In this document: positions 37,918 through 47,714 of the stretch, piece by piece
Numbering within the stretch: position 1 is the stretch's first letter
Layout: the number at the start of each line of letters is the position of its first letter
Translations under genes and position numbers: made by a program
Source of the DNA: Candidatus Hydrogenedens sp.
GTDB taxonomy: Bacteria > Hydrogenedentota > Hydrogenedentia > Hydrogenedentales > Hydrogenedentaceae
Reading direction: 5' to 3'
DNA: 56,029 nucleotides
Assembly (NCBI GenBank): GCA_049968235.1
Contig: JBMFRC010000021.1
Coordinates: 1 to 56,029 of the forward strand
The notes under the pieces: generated by a model
Told to the model about the DNA's origin: nothing
Seen by the model: the letters and a program-made list of their open reading frames with translations, nothing else
Databases searched by the model: none

Positions 37918-38618
37918 ATGAGACCTCTGAATAAGTCATTCGAGTTAAGTAGTATATTTATATAGGGGAAGAGGATGGGTGGAAAATGAAACGAGAAGAG
38001 GGAAAAGTGGTATATATATAGCAGAAGTATTGGGGGATGAATGACAAAACAAGGAAGAACTAAAAATAAAGAAAGGTCAACGCAGTATGGTATATAAGGG
38101 ATGGAGGGAATAAGTTTTATAGATAGAGATAGAGCAAATAGATTTTATATATTATGTGATGTCCTATCATAAACCGCCCCGTCGTAGACGTCTTTTGAGG
38201 CAGATGCAAGAGGTAATACCATAAAGGAATTTTGAGCAGAGGTGCGTATAGAGAAGAGTATATAAAGTAAACTGGGAAGAACGGAGACTTCCATCTTTAC
38301 TATTGTGTGCATTGTTGAGCAGTGAGTGATGATTTCTTTATATTCTCTTTGCAGGGAATTTAATCGGTGGCGGTAAAACGATTTTTTTCTACGTTTCTCT
38401 ATGTCTTCTATGGTGATTATATTTTTAATTCCAAAGGGAGCAAAAGGAGAAATATGCATAGACAAAAAAGATAGAAAAATAGACAGAAAATAACAAATAA
38501 AATGGGTAATTTTAGAGATACAGAATTTTGTATTTTAATTTCTCACCGTGATTTTATCTCATAAAAACATATATAACTTATACCCTTACCTCTTACACCA
38601 CTTGTTCAGAGGTCTCAG
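37918..38618 (-). repeat. MITE-like non-coding element, copy B (~701 bp), inverted relative to copy A; same TIRs TGAGACCTCTGAAYAA
   Basis: Left terminus aaTGAGACCTCTGAATAAgtc at 37918, 1 bp after the PL1 stop. Right terminus cttgTTCAGAGGTCTCAgtt at 38603-38618. The reverse complement aligns with 17618-18384, for example gtataagttatatatgtttttatgagataaaatcacggtgagaaatt versus gtataagttatatatgtttttacgagataaaatcccgatgagaaatt. Confidence 0.75.
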
Positions 38619-38710
38619 TTGCATAAAAAGATATTTTTTAATTAATTTAAATTTGACATTTGCGGAAATAAGTTATAAAATAAAAGTAATATAAAATAGC
38701 AAAATATGTT

Positions 38711-39733
38711 ATGCAAAACAAGGGGTTTACGCTGATTGAGTTGTTGGTAGTCATCGGGATTATTGCAATTTTGGGTGCTATTCTTTTACCGGCATTGGCA
38801 AGGGCACGTGAAGCAAGTCGTCGTGCAAGTTGTCAAAATAATCTTAAACAATGGGGTAGCATTTTTAAGATGTATGCTAATGAGAATAAAGCGGAACGCT
38901 ATCCACCTGTTCAGATAGAAATTATGCCTTTATCTGACCGTCCTAATCGTATGGATGCTTTTGCTGCACCGGGTCCGATGGTTCATTGTATTTATCCGGA
39001 ATACCTTACAGACCCTTCAATTATTATCTGTCCTTCGGATGCTCAGGACTCTATTCGGGATTTAAAATTTACTGAGGATACTTCTTTTGCTCGTGCAGGC
39101 GATTGGAAGTTTCCCTATTATCTCTGGGAGAAGGGTTGTGTTACAGCCATATCTGCAAGCTATATCTATTATGGATGGGTTCTGGACCGAATGGGTTCGA
39201 GACCGGAAGAAGTTGCGGTATTAAATACATTGCCGGAGATTAGTATTCTTATTAGCCTCTTAGGAGCGGATTTTTATGCAGAATATACTTTTCCGATACA
39301 GTTTATTATGTCTGCTTATCAGTTAGCATCGAACAATCTGGTTGCTGTGGAAGGATTATTAGACCCGGCATCGGCTACGGAGGAACAACGAAAAGCAATC
39401 CGTGATGCCCTTGACCAGGATATAACCGGTCCTTCAATTCAACAATATCATTGTGGGAATGGTGGTGGGAATACGGTGTATCGAATGCGGGAAGGTATCG
39501 AGCGATTTATGATAACGGACATTAATAATCCGGGTGTTGGAGCACTTGCGCAGAGTGAGATTATAGTTATGTTTGACCAGATAGGTTCTCAGCAGGGAAT
39601 ATCTTTGTATAATCATATTCCCGGTGGTTGCAATGTATTGTATATGGATGGGCATGTGGAATTTATCCGATATCCAACAAAAGCCCCTGCTATTGAACCT
39701 GTAGTTAATACACTATTGTTATTGTTTTACTAA
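38711..39733 (+). CDS. DUF1559-family protein with prepilin-type N-terminal cleavage/methylation domain (pseudopilin-like)
   Basis: [49 protein letters not shown] is a type IV prepilin leader plus the hydrophobic helix and SCxNNLKQ motif typical of DUF1559. C-terminal ...[15 protein letters not shown]. Confidence 0.85.
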   Translation: MQNKGFTLIELLVVIGIIAILGAILLPALARAREASRRASCQNNLKQWGSIFKMYANENKAERYPPVQIEIMPLSDRPNRMDAFAAPGPMVHCIYPEYLTDPSIIICPSDAQDSIRDLKFTEDTSFARAGDWKFPYYLWEKGCVTAISASYIYYGWVLDRMGSRPEEVAVLNTLPEISILISLLGADFYAEYTFPIQFIMSAYQLASNNLVAVEGLLDPASATEEQRKAIRDALDQDITGPSIQQYHCGNGGGNTVYRMREGIERFMITDINNPGVGALAQSEIIVMFDQIGSQQGISLYNHIPGGCNVLYMDGHVEFIRYPTKAPAIEPVVNTLLLLFY

Positions 39734-39739
39734 ATTGTC

Positions 39740-39773
39740 TCCGGAAAAAAGGAGGTTATTTTTTTTGTTCAAG
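39740..39773. terminator. weak bidirectional terminator-like hairpin between convergent genes
   Basis: tCTCCggaaaaaaGGAGgttattttttttg. The stem is only 4-5 bp, flanked by T8 on the plus strand and an A-run upstream. Confidence 0.25.
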
Positions 39774-42665
39774 TAGTTGAAGGAATTGGGGGTTAACGGG
39801 ATGATTCCCTTTCTGACAGGTTTGAATAATTTCGCGAGCACGGTCAAAATCTCCTAAATAGTAATACACAATTGCCATTTGCTCTTTTACAAAATAGTTC
39901 TGGGGTTGGATTTGTTCTAATTGTGTGAGTGCCTTTAATGATTCGTTCCATTTTCCCTGTGCAAAATATAATGAAGCTAAATTTGACAATATTGTAGGTT
40001 CTAATGCAGGTTCTTTTCCCTGAACAGTTTTTAATATTTTTTCTGCCCGTTCGAATTGTTTCTGCTGGATTAGCATACTAGAAAGGTTCACCTGAATATT
40101 AATTAGATTGGGGTCTTTTGCGAGGGCTTTTTCCCATGTTTCTATGGCAGATGTATTGTTGCCGGACTGAGCATAAGCCATGCCTAAAAGGATGTATCCT
40201 TTCACCTCATTGGGCATCCGTTCTACTAATTTCTTTGACCAGACGACTGCTTCCGCGAATCGTTTTTCCTGTATGAGCAATTGTGCCAATATAACATAAG
40301 CATCATTAAAATGAGGTCGTTGCTGAATAATATTCAGTAAGGCCTGTATTGCTTGCTGGTTTTGTCCCTTTTCTGCTTTTTGAATGATTCTTGTTAAACG
40401 ACGGATATAGGGGGTCTCTTCGGTAAGCGAGACCATAGGTGCTAATAAATTTTCTACCGGAGCATACTGGTCTGTAAGTATCGGTGCATGATTGTAAGCA
40501 TGAAGTTGTTTCATTTTTTCTTCGGGGATATAATACCCATTTGAACCATACTTTGTAGAGACCCAGTCTTTTATCTCTTCCGCAGGTATTGGATTTTTTG
40601 AACAGATAAGAATGAATGTATCCCTTACCATAGGGTCGTTCATGGTGGAATAAACATATACATGTGGAAACACTTCTCTGAGAGTTTTATACATGGAAGT
40701 AATAAATTGAGCAAATTGTAGGCAATCTATCATATTACACATATAAATACCCCGGGGTGATAAAATTGTATAGATATCTTCTACGAACTCTTTTGTAGTT
40801 AAATGAAATGGAACGGTATAGTCGCTGAAAGAGTCATTAATAACGCAATCGTAATAACTTTTCTGTTCCCCTTTCTTTATCTGCTTCACTAAATCTTCCA
40901 CACGATTTCGACCATCCTGATGGTAAATAGATAGATGTGTAGTGTCAGGTAATCCGAATGCAATATGGGCTGTTTTTGTAACCTCTGGGTCTATTTCTGC
41001 TACTTCGATATTACTTTCTGGATATTCTACTTCTAAGAAATGGCAAAAAGTATATCCCCCTCCGCCGATAACAAGAATATTTTTAGGACCGGTATCTTGA
41101 AAAGCAAACCGAAGCCCTGCATCAAAGAAATGTTCATAGATACCCATTAATTTTAATGGCTGGCTCATATCTTTGCGGTTATGAATCATTTTATCCAAAA
41201 TAAGGTCTCTAATATAAGGGCGTTCGGGGTCTGGAATTCGAACTTTGATATAGTTGTAATGGCTTTCTTTCTCAAGGACAACATCAGGCGTATGATAGGT
41301 TTTTAGTGCCAATTGTATGGCGAGGGTATCCCATGGGAAACGAGGAGACACAGCACTGAAAAGCAGAAGAAGGCTGAACCCGAAATAAGGAATGGCAAGC
41401 CACCTGTTCTTTGCCATCCATAAAAAGAGTAGTGCCGATACCAATACGATAAACATCAGCGTTAAATTAGAACCCCAATGTGCAATGGTATAATATCCGG
41501 TTATCAAAACACCGATTATTCCCCCGACTGCATTCATTGCATAAATCTTACCAATTTTCTCCCCCTGAATTTCTTCACTTACCTCAGAATGAATTATACA
41601 TACTAAAAGGGGAGGTAAGGCTCCGAAAGCAATACTTGCGGGTCCAAAAACGATGATGGAATGTATAAATATTTGAACAGGCCAGGAAAGGTCCCAAAAT
41701 AAAGAATTCCACGGCAATAGTAAATGGGACAGAGGAATAAGTAATGTGGACACACTTGTCAAAAATAAAAAAAAGGTTATTACCTTTCGTGGGTTGAAAT
41801 GTTGACCTAAATATCCACCTATATATCCACCTGCGGAAAGAGAACCTAATACTACACCGATTATTGTTGTCCATGTGTATAATGAATTACCGAAATTTTG
41901 TGCCAAAAGTCTACCGGCTACAATCTCCAGTATCATTATTCCTGAACCTGCCCAGAAAGAGAGTAGAAGTAATTTATAAAAAGGTTGTGCATCTTCCCCC
42001 TGTGAATAGTCCTTTGTTTTCACTTGATTATTAGATGGTTCATTATCTAATTTTAAAATAGGTATAGATATGCTCCCCACTAAAAAATAGGCTATAGAAA
42101 TAACAAACAGAATACCTGAGGATATAGAAAGTAAGGTTGTATAAGAAAAGTGGGCAAGTAAAATATATCCTGTTGTAAAAGTTCCGATAAGACTTCCCAA
42201 TAAAGAAAAAGCAAAGAAAATACCTATACGGGTCCCTGCCGGGGAATTAATCTGTATTAGTAAATGGGTCAGGACAGGGGATATCGTACCTAACAGGAAA
42301 AAAGGGATTATAAATAGCAGAAAAATATGGGTAAAAATACGCCACTTCCATGGCATATTAAGAAGTAATCCGAAACTCCCAAGAAGTTGGTTTCCATAAA
42401 AAATAAGAAGAATAAATATAGATGCGGAAAGGAACTGAATCGGGATTGTGCGATGGTTTGGAAACTTATCAGCCAGTATCCCACCTATATGATTACCCAG
42501 AGCAATACCTGCAAGTGTTGTAGCAATAATTCCCGTCCAGGTGAATAAACTTTGTCCTAAATATTGGGCTATTACCCTGCCTGCAACCAGTTGCAAAAAC
42601 ATAATCGCCATACTGGAAGCAAACACTGTGAAATAAATTATTAAGGGCAGGGTTTTTAATTTCAT
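39756..42665 (-). CDS. fused MFS-like membrane domain / spermidine-synthase-like domain protein with C-terminal TPR repeats
   Basis: Two repeats of a multi-TM module (…VIAQYLGQSLFTWTGIIATTLAGIALGNHIGGILADKF… and …LLAQNFGNSLYTWTTIIGVVLGSLSAGGYIGGYLGQHF…). A SpeE-like methyltransferase-fold block follows (NILVIGGGGYTFCHFLEVEYPESNIEVAEIDPEVTKTAHIAFGL...YDCVINDSFSD). About 250 aa of TPR repeats close the protein. Confidence 0.65.
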   Translation of the reverse strand: MKLKTLPLIIYFTVFASSMAIMFLQLVAGRVIAQYLGQSLFTWTGIIATTLAGIALGNHIGGILADKFPNHRTIPIQFLSASIFILLIFYGNQLLGSFGLLLNMPWKWRIFTHIFLLFIIPFFLLGTISPVLTHLLIQINSPAGTRIGIFFAFSLLGSLIGTFTTGYILLAHFSYTTLLSISSGILFVISIAYFLVGSISIPILKLDNEPSNNQVKTKDYSQGEDAQPFYKLLLLSFWAGSGIMILEIVAGRLLAQNFGNSLYTWTTIIGVVLGSLSAGGYIGGYLGQHFNPRKVITFFLFLTSVSTLLIPLSHLLLPWNSLFWDLSWPVQIFIHSIIVFGPASIAFGALPPLLVCIIHSEVSEEIQGEKIGKIYAMNAVGGIIGVLITGYYTIAHWGSNLTLMFIVLVSALLFLWMAKNRWLAIPYFGFSLLLLFSAVSPRFPWDTLAIQLALKTYHTPDVVLEKESHYNYIKVRIPDPERPYIRDLILDKMIHNRKDMSQPLKLMGIYEHFFDAGLRFAFQDTGPKNILVIGGGGYTFCHFLEVEYPESNIEVAEIDPEVTKTAHIAFGLPDTTHLSIYHQDGRNRVEDLVKQIKKGEQKSYYDCVINDSFSDYTVPFHLTTKEFVEDIYTILSPRGIYMCNMIDCLQFAQFITSMYKTLREVFPHVYVYSTMNDPMVRDTFILICSKNPIPAEEIKDWVSTKYGSNGYYIPEEKMKQLHAYNHAPILTDQYAPVENLLAPMVSLTEETPYIRRLTRIIQKAEKGQNQQAIQALLNIIQQRPHFNDAYVILAQLLIQEKRFAEAVVWSKKLVERMPNEVKGYILLGMAYAQSGNNTSAIETWEKALAKDPNLINIQVNLSSMLIQQKQFERAEKILKTVQGKEPALEPTILSNLASLYFAQGKWNESLKALTQLEQIQPQNYFVKEQMAIVYYYLGDFDRAREIIQTCQKGNHPVNPQFLQLLEQKK

Positions 42666-42708
42666 AAAGATATTTAATATATTGTTTTATTAATCGCTAC
42701 CGTTAGTT

Positions 42709-44415
42709 TTAAGCATTATCACCGTTACGGTCTCTACGGATAATAAATATTGTCCCTGCAATGAAATATGCTAATGTGGGATAAATCAAGATGCGATGAA
42801 ACGATTGAAGATTTTGGATGAACCCATTTGTGCCTTTTAAGAACACCGAAATTGCCAGTACTAAACAAACCACCAATGATAAGCCGGCAATAATACCTGA
42901 CAGAACTAATATAGAGTCTATTTGAGAAGAAGATACTTTGTTCTTTTGTGTTTCTGACACAACTTTGGCTTCCCGATTTTCCGCTGTAGGAATAATTTCC
43001 TTTGCATCTGCAGGCACATCCCGGGCCCCCATAAGTATAGACAGCACGATATATAATATAGATGTCATAACCCACACAGGGACAAATAAGAAGAATAAGT
43101 GTAAAGTGCCCGTTTTTTCTAAAGTTATGGCAACAGCAATAGAGATTAACCAACTTAATAAAGCAGGCCAATTCATTAGCAATCGTTTCTTCTCTGCCCA
43201 GTAACGGGTAAGTCCTATTTTAGGGAATATCCAGTATTCTGTAAATGCTACGGCACCTAAGGGCATAAGGAGTAAACCATAATAACCTACAAAATCGAGT
43301 AATTTTGTAAATACAAAAGGAGAACAGGCTATAACCGTTGTTCCTGCTCCCGCTAATAAGGTTACCAACCAACGAGGCCAGCCGGGAGTAACAGCTTGTA
43401 ACGCTAATCCTGCGCGATACAAGGTGGGGTTTGATGTTGTCCAGCCTGCTAATACCACGGCAATTAATCCAGAGATGCCTAATGCCTCTGTTGCCACAGC
43501 ACCGGAATCCAATTGAGTAATACTTTTTTGCAGTAATAAAGCAGACATGGCTCCCATTATACCTGCACATATCCACGCTAAATAATGACCTAAGAACATA
43601 CCAAAAGCAGAAAACAAACCATAAGCGGATGACCTGGCATAACGGAAAATTGCCATATCTGATAACCCACCATGCATTGCCAGATTACAAATCCATGCAA
43701 AGGCGGAAACATGCCAGAAAGAAATCGGTTCTTTCCCATCCGGACGAACTCCGGTCCATATCTTTTGTGTGGCAATCTGCCAGAAATCGTTCCAGTTGCG
43801 AATATCAATGCCCGCTGCTGGTAATAAGGCAATTGCTCCTGCGATAAACATCAAGAACATCCATGGTGAACATACAACAGAAAATTGGGATAGTCGTTTA
43901 AATCCCAATATTGCGAGAGTAACCACAACAGCACCTACCACAAGAACAACCAGAACAAATCGGAAATCTGTTGGTATCCACTCTGTCTGGGCTGGTATTC
44001 CCAAAGGGACACGAACCGCCGAAGCAGAAACGGTTATCATGCAACCTGCCAATATACAGAATAAGAAAGCATTGAGGACATTGTATATTGTTGTTACCAC
44101 AGGTCCTGCAACTTTTCTTAAAAACCAGTATAATGTTAGTCGTGTTCGAACAGCAATTGGGGCACATATCAAAGTCCATGTCAATACTGCCATCAGATTT
44201 CCGAGCAATAAACCGACAAAAATATCATAAGCATTAACACCCCAACTAACAAACAAAGCACCGATAACGAATTCCGTCCCTGCAACATGCTCACCTGCAA
44301 ATAGCCCTGCAAAATATCTACCTGGCTGAAGTTTATCTTCGGTTACAGGTTCTCGCTCAAATTCGTATAACAAATCCAGTGCTTCTGTTGCTTTTATAAC
44401 TTTCTCTTCACTCAA
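42709..44415 (-). CDS. NCS1-family-like nucleobase/cation symporter (cytosine/purine/allantoin permease-type) with extra C-terminal TM helices
   Basis: 568 aa with 12 or more TM helices. The N-terminal region ...GRYFAGLFAGEHVAGTEFVIGALFVSWGVNAYDIFVGLLLGNLMAVLTW... parallels the CodB/NCS1 TM1-3 pattern (…LIGNLLLG…). The assignment is a motif-level judgement only. Confidence 0.5.
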   Translation of the reverse strand: MSEEKVIKATEALDLLYEFEREPVTEDKLQPGRYFAGLFAGEHVAGTEFVIGALFVSWGVNAYDIFVGLLLGNLMAVLTWTLICAPIAVRTRLTLYWFLRKVAGPVVTTIYNVLNAFLFCILAGCMITVSASAVRVPLGIPAQTEWIPTDFRFVLVVLVVGAVVVTLAILGFKRLSQFSVVCSPWMFLMFIAGAIALLPAAGIDIRNWNDFWQIATQKIWTGVRPDGKEPISFWHVSAFAWICNLAMHGGLSDMAIFRYARSSAYGLFSAFGMFLGHYLAWICAGIMGAMSALLLQKSITQLDSGAVATEALGISGLIAVVLAGWTTSNPTLYRAGLALQAVTPGWPRWLVTLLAGAGTTVIACSPFVFTKLLDFVGYYGLLLMPLGAVAFTEYWIFPKIGLTRYWAEKKRLLMNWPALLSWLISIAVAITLEKTGTLHLFFLFVPVWVMTSILYIVLSILMGARDVPADAKEIIPTAENREAKVVSETQKNKVSSSQIDSILVLSGIIAGLSLVVCLVLAISVFLKGTNGFIQNLQSFHRILIYPTLAYFIAGTIFIIRRDRNGDNA

Positions 44416-44504
44416 AGTAGGACCCTTTCTTTTAATAGATTTAATTGCTTACCATCCAAAGAATAAATATATAAAACGATATAAGAATTAGATACCCATT
44501 TTCA

Positions 44505-44540
44505 AATAGTAACCCCGCAGGGAACATATACCCTGCGGGG
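44505..44540 (-). terminator. rho-independent terminator downstream of the outer-membrane beta-barrel gene
   Basis: Perfect 10-bp inverted repeat CCCCGCAGGG-aacatata-CCCTGCGGGG at 44513-44540. On the minus-strand transcript it is followed by UUACUAUUUG. It lies ~45 nt after the stop at 44582. Confidence 0.5.
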
Positions 44541-44581
44541 CTATAAGGGATTTAACCCTTAAATTTCAAGCAATGTGTGAA

Positions 44582-45811
44582 TTAGAAGCTGATTTCGGTT
44601 TCTGCGAACAGGTAATTGAAATCCTGGTCTTCAAGAAGTTCTTGACCGAAGAAGTGGGAATAACCAGCACGGATAACTAAATCTTCACTGTAATTGTAAG
44701 CACCCGTTAACTGAATTTCCCAACCTAATTCATCATCACCACCCATGTCTTCATCAAGTACATAGTATTGTCCTTCAAGACCAAGTTTCACTGCTTCGGT
44801 CGGCTGGACACCTAAACCAAGGCGATAGACAAATACATTGGTGATTTGAGTATTGTCTAAGAAATCACTGTATTCCCAGTTAGAGAATAAGCGATTGAAG
44901 GCTAAATCAAGGTCATCTTTGGCAAACCAGTTCCTGTCATAATCCGGTCCTTTAAGATATGCAAAACCGGCATAAATACGAGGTTGCCAGGAGATGTCAA
45001 AGGTGTAACCGGCTTCTAAGTTAACACCCCATGCATTATAGTCACGGTCAACACCGAAAATCCACCAACCGGTGTCATTGGCATCGCCTAACTGATAAGC
45101 AACTTCCGCTTCAAAGTCGAAGGCACCGACTTTGCCAGCACCACGAAGACCTAAAGTATGAAGGTCGGATTCAAGGGCTGTAGCATCATCGCGGATATAC
45201 ATCCAGTAGGCATCAATAACGATGTCTTCAAGACCTGTGTAACTTCCATAAATGGCATACAGATCAACATCATCTTCAGCAAAATCGCCCATGGATTCGA
45301 CTAATTTAGCTGCTATGGCATCGACACTGACCATGTCAGTAACATAGCTCAAACGAAGTGCATCAAAGGAAAGACCGGTGAATCTCCAACGTTTGTCATT
45401 TGTGCCAACAAGCCAGCCACTGCCTAATGTGATTTCCTGGCGACCAACACGGGCACGAAGCGGTGTTCCCCACATCTCGCGTGCTTCGATGTAGGCTTGA
45501 TAAACTTCTACATCATCAACGCTCGCCTGACGAGCATCTACACCCGTGATGTAGTTCTGGGAACGAAAATCTTCGCCCCAAATGTCATAACTATCTAATT
45601 CGATAAATGCAGTTACTTCATCTGTGAAGTCTGCTTTCACATTTAATCTGGTTCTCTGTTCGATGAAGCTGGATTCTCCCCTATCATCATAATCTAACCA
45701 GTTCGCACGAATACGAATTTTACCACCGACTTCTACATTTTGAAGTTCGGCATAAGCCATAGTACCAAGAATTACTAAAGATACTGCGATAATTAACATG
45801 CTTTTACGCAT
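44582..45811 (-). CDS. outer-membrane beta-barrel protein (porin / alginate-export-like)
   Basis: Signal peptide MRKSMLIIAVSLVILGTMAYA. The sequence has alternating amphipathic beta strands rich in Tyr/Gly/Asp and ends in the aromatic C-terminus ...AETEISF, an OMP beta-signal. Confidence 0.65.
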   Translation of the reverse strand: MRKSMLIIAVSLVILGTMAYAELQNVEVGGKIRIRANWLDYDDRGESSFIEQRTRLNVKADFTDEVTAFIELDSYDIWGEDFRSQNYITGVDARQASVDDVEVYQAYIEAREMWGTPLRARVGRQEITLGSGWLVGTNDKRWRFTGLSFDALRLSYVTDMVSVDAIAAKLVESMGDFAEDDVDLYAIYGSYTGLEDIVIDAYWMYIRDDATALESDLHTLGLRGAGKVGAFDFEAEVAYQLGDANDTGWWIFGVDRDYNAWGVNLEAGYTFDISWQPRIYAGFAYLKGPDYDRNWFAKDDLDLAFNRLFSNWEYSDFLDNTQITNVFVYRLGLGVQPTEAVKLGLEGQYYVLDEDMGGDDELGWEIQLTGAYNYSEDLVIRAGYSHFFGQELLEDQDFNYLFAETEISF

Positions 45812-46319
45812 AGTTTTTACTCCTTACAGTTTAATTTAATATGAGGTAATTTTGTTTTTTTTCTGTGTCTGCCCTCACAGACACAAGGATGTTCTAATTT
45901 TATCGGACACATCGCTCTTCCCAACTCCAGCGAGTTATCTCGTTATTATTCATTCCTCCTTTCTGCTCGCAGATTTCGGAATTGGTGACGATGAACTTTC
46001 ATATTAAATTTGAAGTATGTTATCACATAATAAAACCCTTTGTCAAGTAAAAATATTCAAATTTTTAAAAAATATTTAAAAAATCTTTTTTTTTCTAAAA
46101 CACAATATTTTGTGCGAATTATTAATTTTAATCACTATATAACAGCCTGAAGAGAGAATAGTCCATATAAATTCCATTTAATACTTAAACTTAACTTTTC
46201 AGCCACACAAAGAAAAAATATAAAAAAAATAAATGATATTCAAAATATTTCCCCGCCTATCTCTTAATAAAATCTTATCGTGTTTTTTACCCATAGATAA
46301 AAATATAAGGAGTAAAAAA

Positions 46320-46763
46320 ATGGAAAAAGATGTAATGAGAACTAATCATTGCAAATCCAAACCAGTAGACATCAAATCCCCGGATAATTTTCGGAATACG
46401 ATTTTTGTATCATCGCAATTCTTAGAAGAAATTTCTGAAACGCAATCTTTATGGTATGAGACACCTGAAGAAATTGAGAGGAAAATTCAATGGGGGAAAG
46501 AAAAAGCCCATCTACTTAATTGGGTAAAGAAGCAAATGGAAAGGAAGTTAACTTTAAAAGAAAAGAAATATATTGAGTGTTATTACTTGCAAGGAGAAAC
46601 ACTTGAGGTTATATCTAAACGATTTCACAGTCATCCTGCCAATATTCACCGAACCATACGACGCGGGATAAAAAAACTTATTCAATTAACAAAAAATGAA
46701 AATCTCCATTTTCATTTAGTTCGTATGAAGCGTTCAAGGAAATCTCTTCATAAAGACAAATAA
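46320..46763 (+). CDS. small sigma-70 region-4-type HTH protein (sigma-factor-like / transcription regulator)
   Basis: C-terminal LTLKEKKYIECYYLQGETLEVISKRFHSHPANIHRTIRRGIKKL matches the sigma-70 region 4 / ECF HTH pattern (LpxRxRxVfxLxxxeGlSxxEIAxxLgxsxxtVKsrlxRArkkL). ATG 46320 with RBS AAGGAG is preferred over the track start 46233. Confidence 0.55.
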   Translation: MEKDVMRTNHCKSKPVDIKSPDNFRNTIFVSSQFLEEISETQSLWYETPEEIERKIQWGKEKAHLLNWVKKQMERKLTLKEKKYIECYYLQGETLEVISKRFHSHPANIHRTIRRGIKKLIQLTKNENLHFHLVRMKRSRKSLHKDK

Positions 46764-46835
46764 AATTTTATTTTTCTAATCACTCAATATAAAATATCTA
46801 TAAAATTTGATTTAAACACGAATGTGGAGTAGAAA

Positions 46836-47345
46836 ATGAAGAATAATATTGTACTTATTGGTATGCCCTGGTCTGGAAAAAGTACCCTTGGAGTGTTATT
46901 AGCGAAATCATTGCGATGGAATTTTATCGATACCGATTTATTAATCCAATCGGACATGGGTAAATCTCTTCAACAAATCATTGATGAACAGGGTGTCGAG
47001 GTATTCCGCCACATCGAAGAAAAGTATGTTTTATCTATTCATCCAGAAAAATGTGTCATTGCTACGGGTGGAAGTGTCGTATATAGCGATAAATCTATGG
47101 AACACTTAAAAAATCTCGGGATAATTATTTATTTAAAATATCCTTTTGAAGAAATCAACCGACGGGCAAAAAGTGTAGAAGAACGAGGTTTAGTTCGGAT
47201 GAAAGGGCAGACATTGTTCGACTTATATCAAGAAAGAACCCCACTGTACGAACGATGGGCAGAAATTTCTATTGAATGTAACCAACAGAATCACGAACAG
47301 GTGGTTGAGAAAATCCTCTCCGCTATCAAAACAAATTGTTCGTAA
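46836..47345 (+). CDS. aroK: shikimate kinase
   Basis: NIVLIGMPWSGKSTLGVLLA is the P-loop. ...FIDTDLLIQ is the shikimate-binding Asp-Thr-Asp region. ...IATGGSVV is the GGG-like lid motif. Confidence 0.8.
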   Translation: MKNNIVLIGMPWSGKSTLGVLLAKSLRWNFIDTDLLIQSDMGKSLQQIIDEQGVEVFRHIEEKYVLSIHPEKCVIATGGSVVYSDKSMEHLKNLGIIIYLKYPFEEINRRAKSVEERGLVRMKGQTLFDLYQERTPLYERWAEISIECNQQNHEQVVEKILSAIKTNCS

Positions 47346-47455
47346 AATATACAAAAAATCTTTGCATGGTTTTTAACCTTTTGATATACTTACTTTCAAA
47401 GAGAATGAACGATATACGCAAATAAAAAACATATAAAACAAAGAGGATACATGTA

Positions 47456-47545
47456 TGATTGAATTTTTAACAGTTATATTTATTTTTCTGATGGATGCAG
47501 TTCTTCTTTTACTTGCTATTTTCGGTTATAACGAACTCTTTTAAC
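47456..47545 (+). CDS. candidate small hydrophobic peptide (29 aa) MIEFLTVIFIFLMDAVLLLLAIFGYNELF
   Basis: ATG with an AAGAGGA RBS 8 nt upstream. A single TM-helix peptide, below the size cut-off of the ORF track. The evidence is weak: no homology, only RBS and hydrophobicity. Confidence 0.25.
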
Positions 47546-47570
47546 TTTTCAGGAATAGGAGTGTAAAACT

Positions 47571-47672
47571 GTGGAAATTTTAGATGACCTTGCATATATT
47601 GGTTTATGGATAATGGGTTTCCTTATAAAAGTTCTTGCGATACTCTCAGGAATATATCTCTTTTCTTTATAG
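47571..47672 (+). CDS. candidate small hydrophobic peptide (33 aa, GTG start) VEILDDLAYIGLWIMGFLIKVLAILSGIYLFSL
   Basis: GTG with an AGGAGTG RBS 7 nt upstream. It sits in tandem with the preceding mini-ORF, between aroK and the SDR gene. The evidence is weak. Confidence 0.2.
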   Translation: MEILDDLAYIGLWIMGFLIKVLAILSGIYLFSL

Positions 47673-47714
47673 TACAAACGAATTGAGATACTTTATCCAT
47701 TAGGAGAAATTTCA

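Noticed and set aside
39181-39200. tRNA-like GGTTCGAGACC motif
   Set aside because: It lies inside the well-supported DUF1559 CDS and lacks the surrounding acceptor, D-arm or anticodon-arm complementarity.
45863-45885. Hairpin TGTGTCTG-ccctca-CAGACACA upstream of the beta-barrel gene as a terminator
   Set aside because: On the plus strand the T-run precedes rather than follows the stem. On the minus strand it is followed by an A-run. It therefore does not form an intrinsic terminator in either direction. It may just be a 5'-UTR structure of the porin mRNA.
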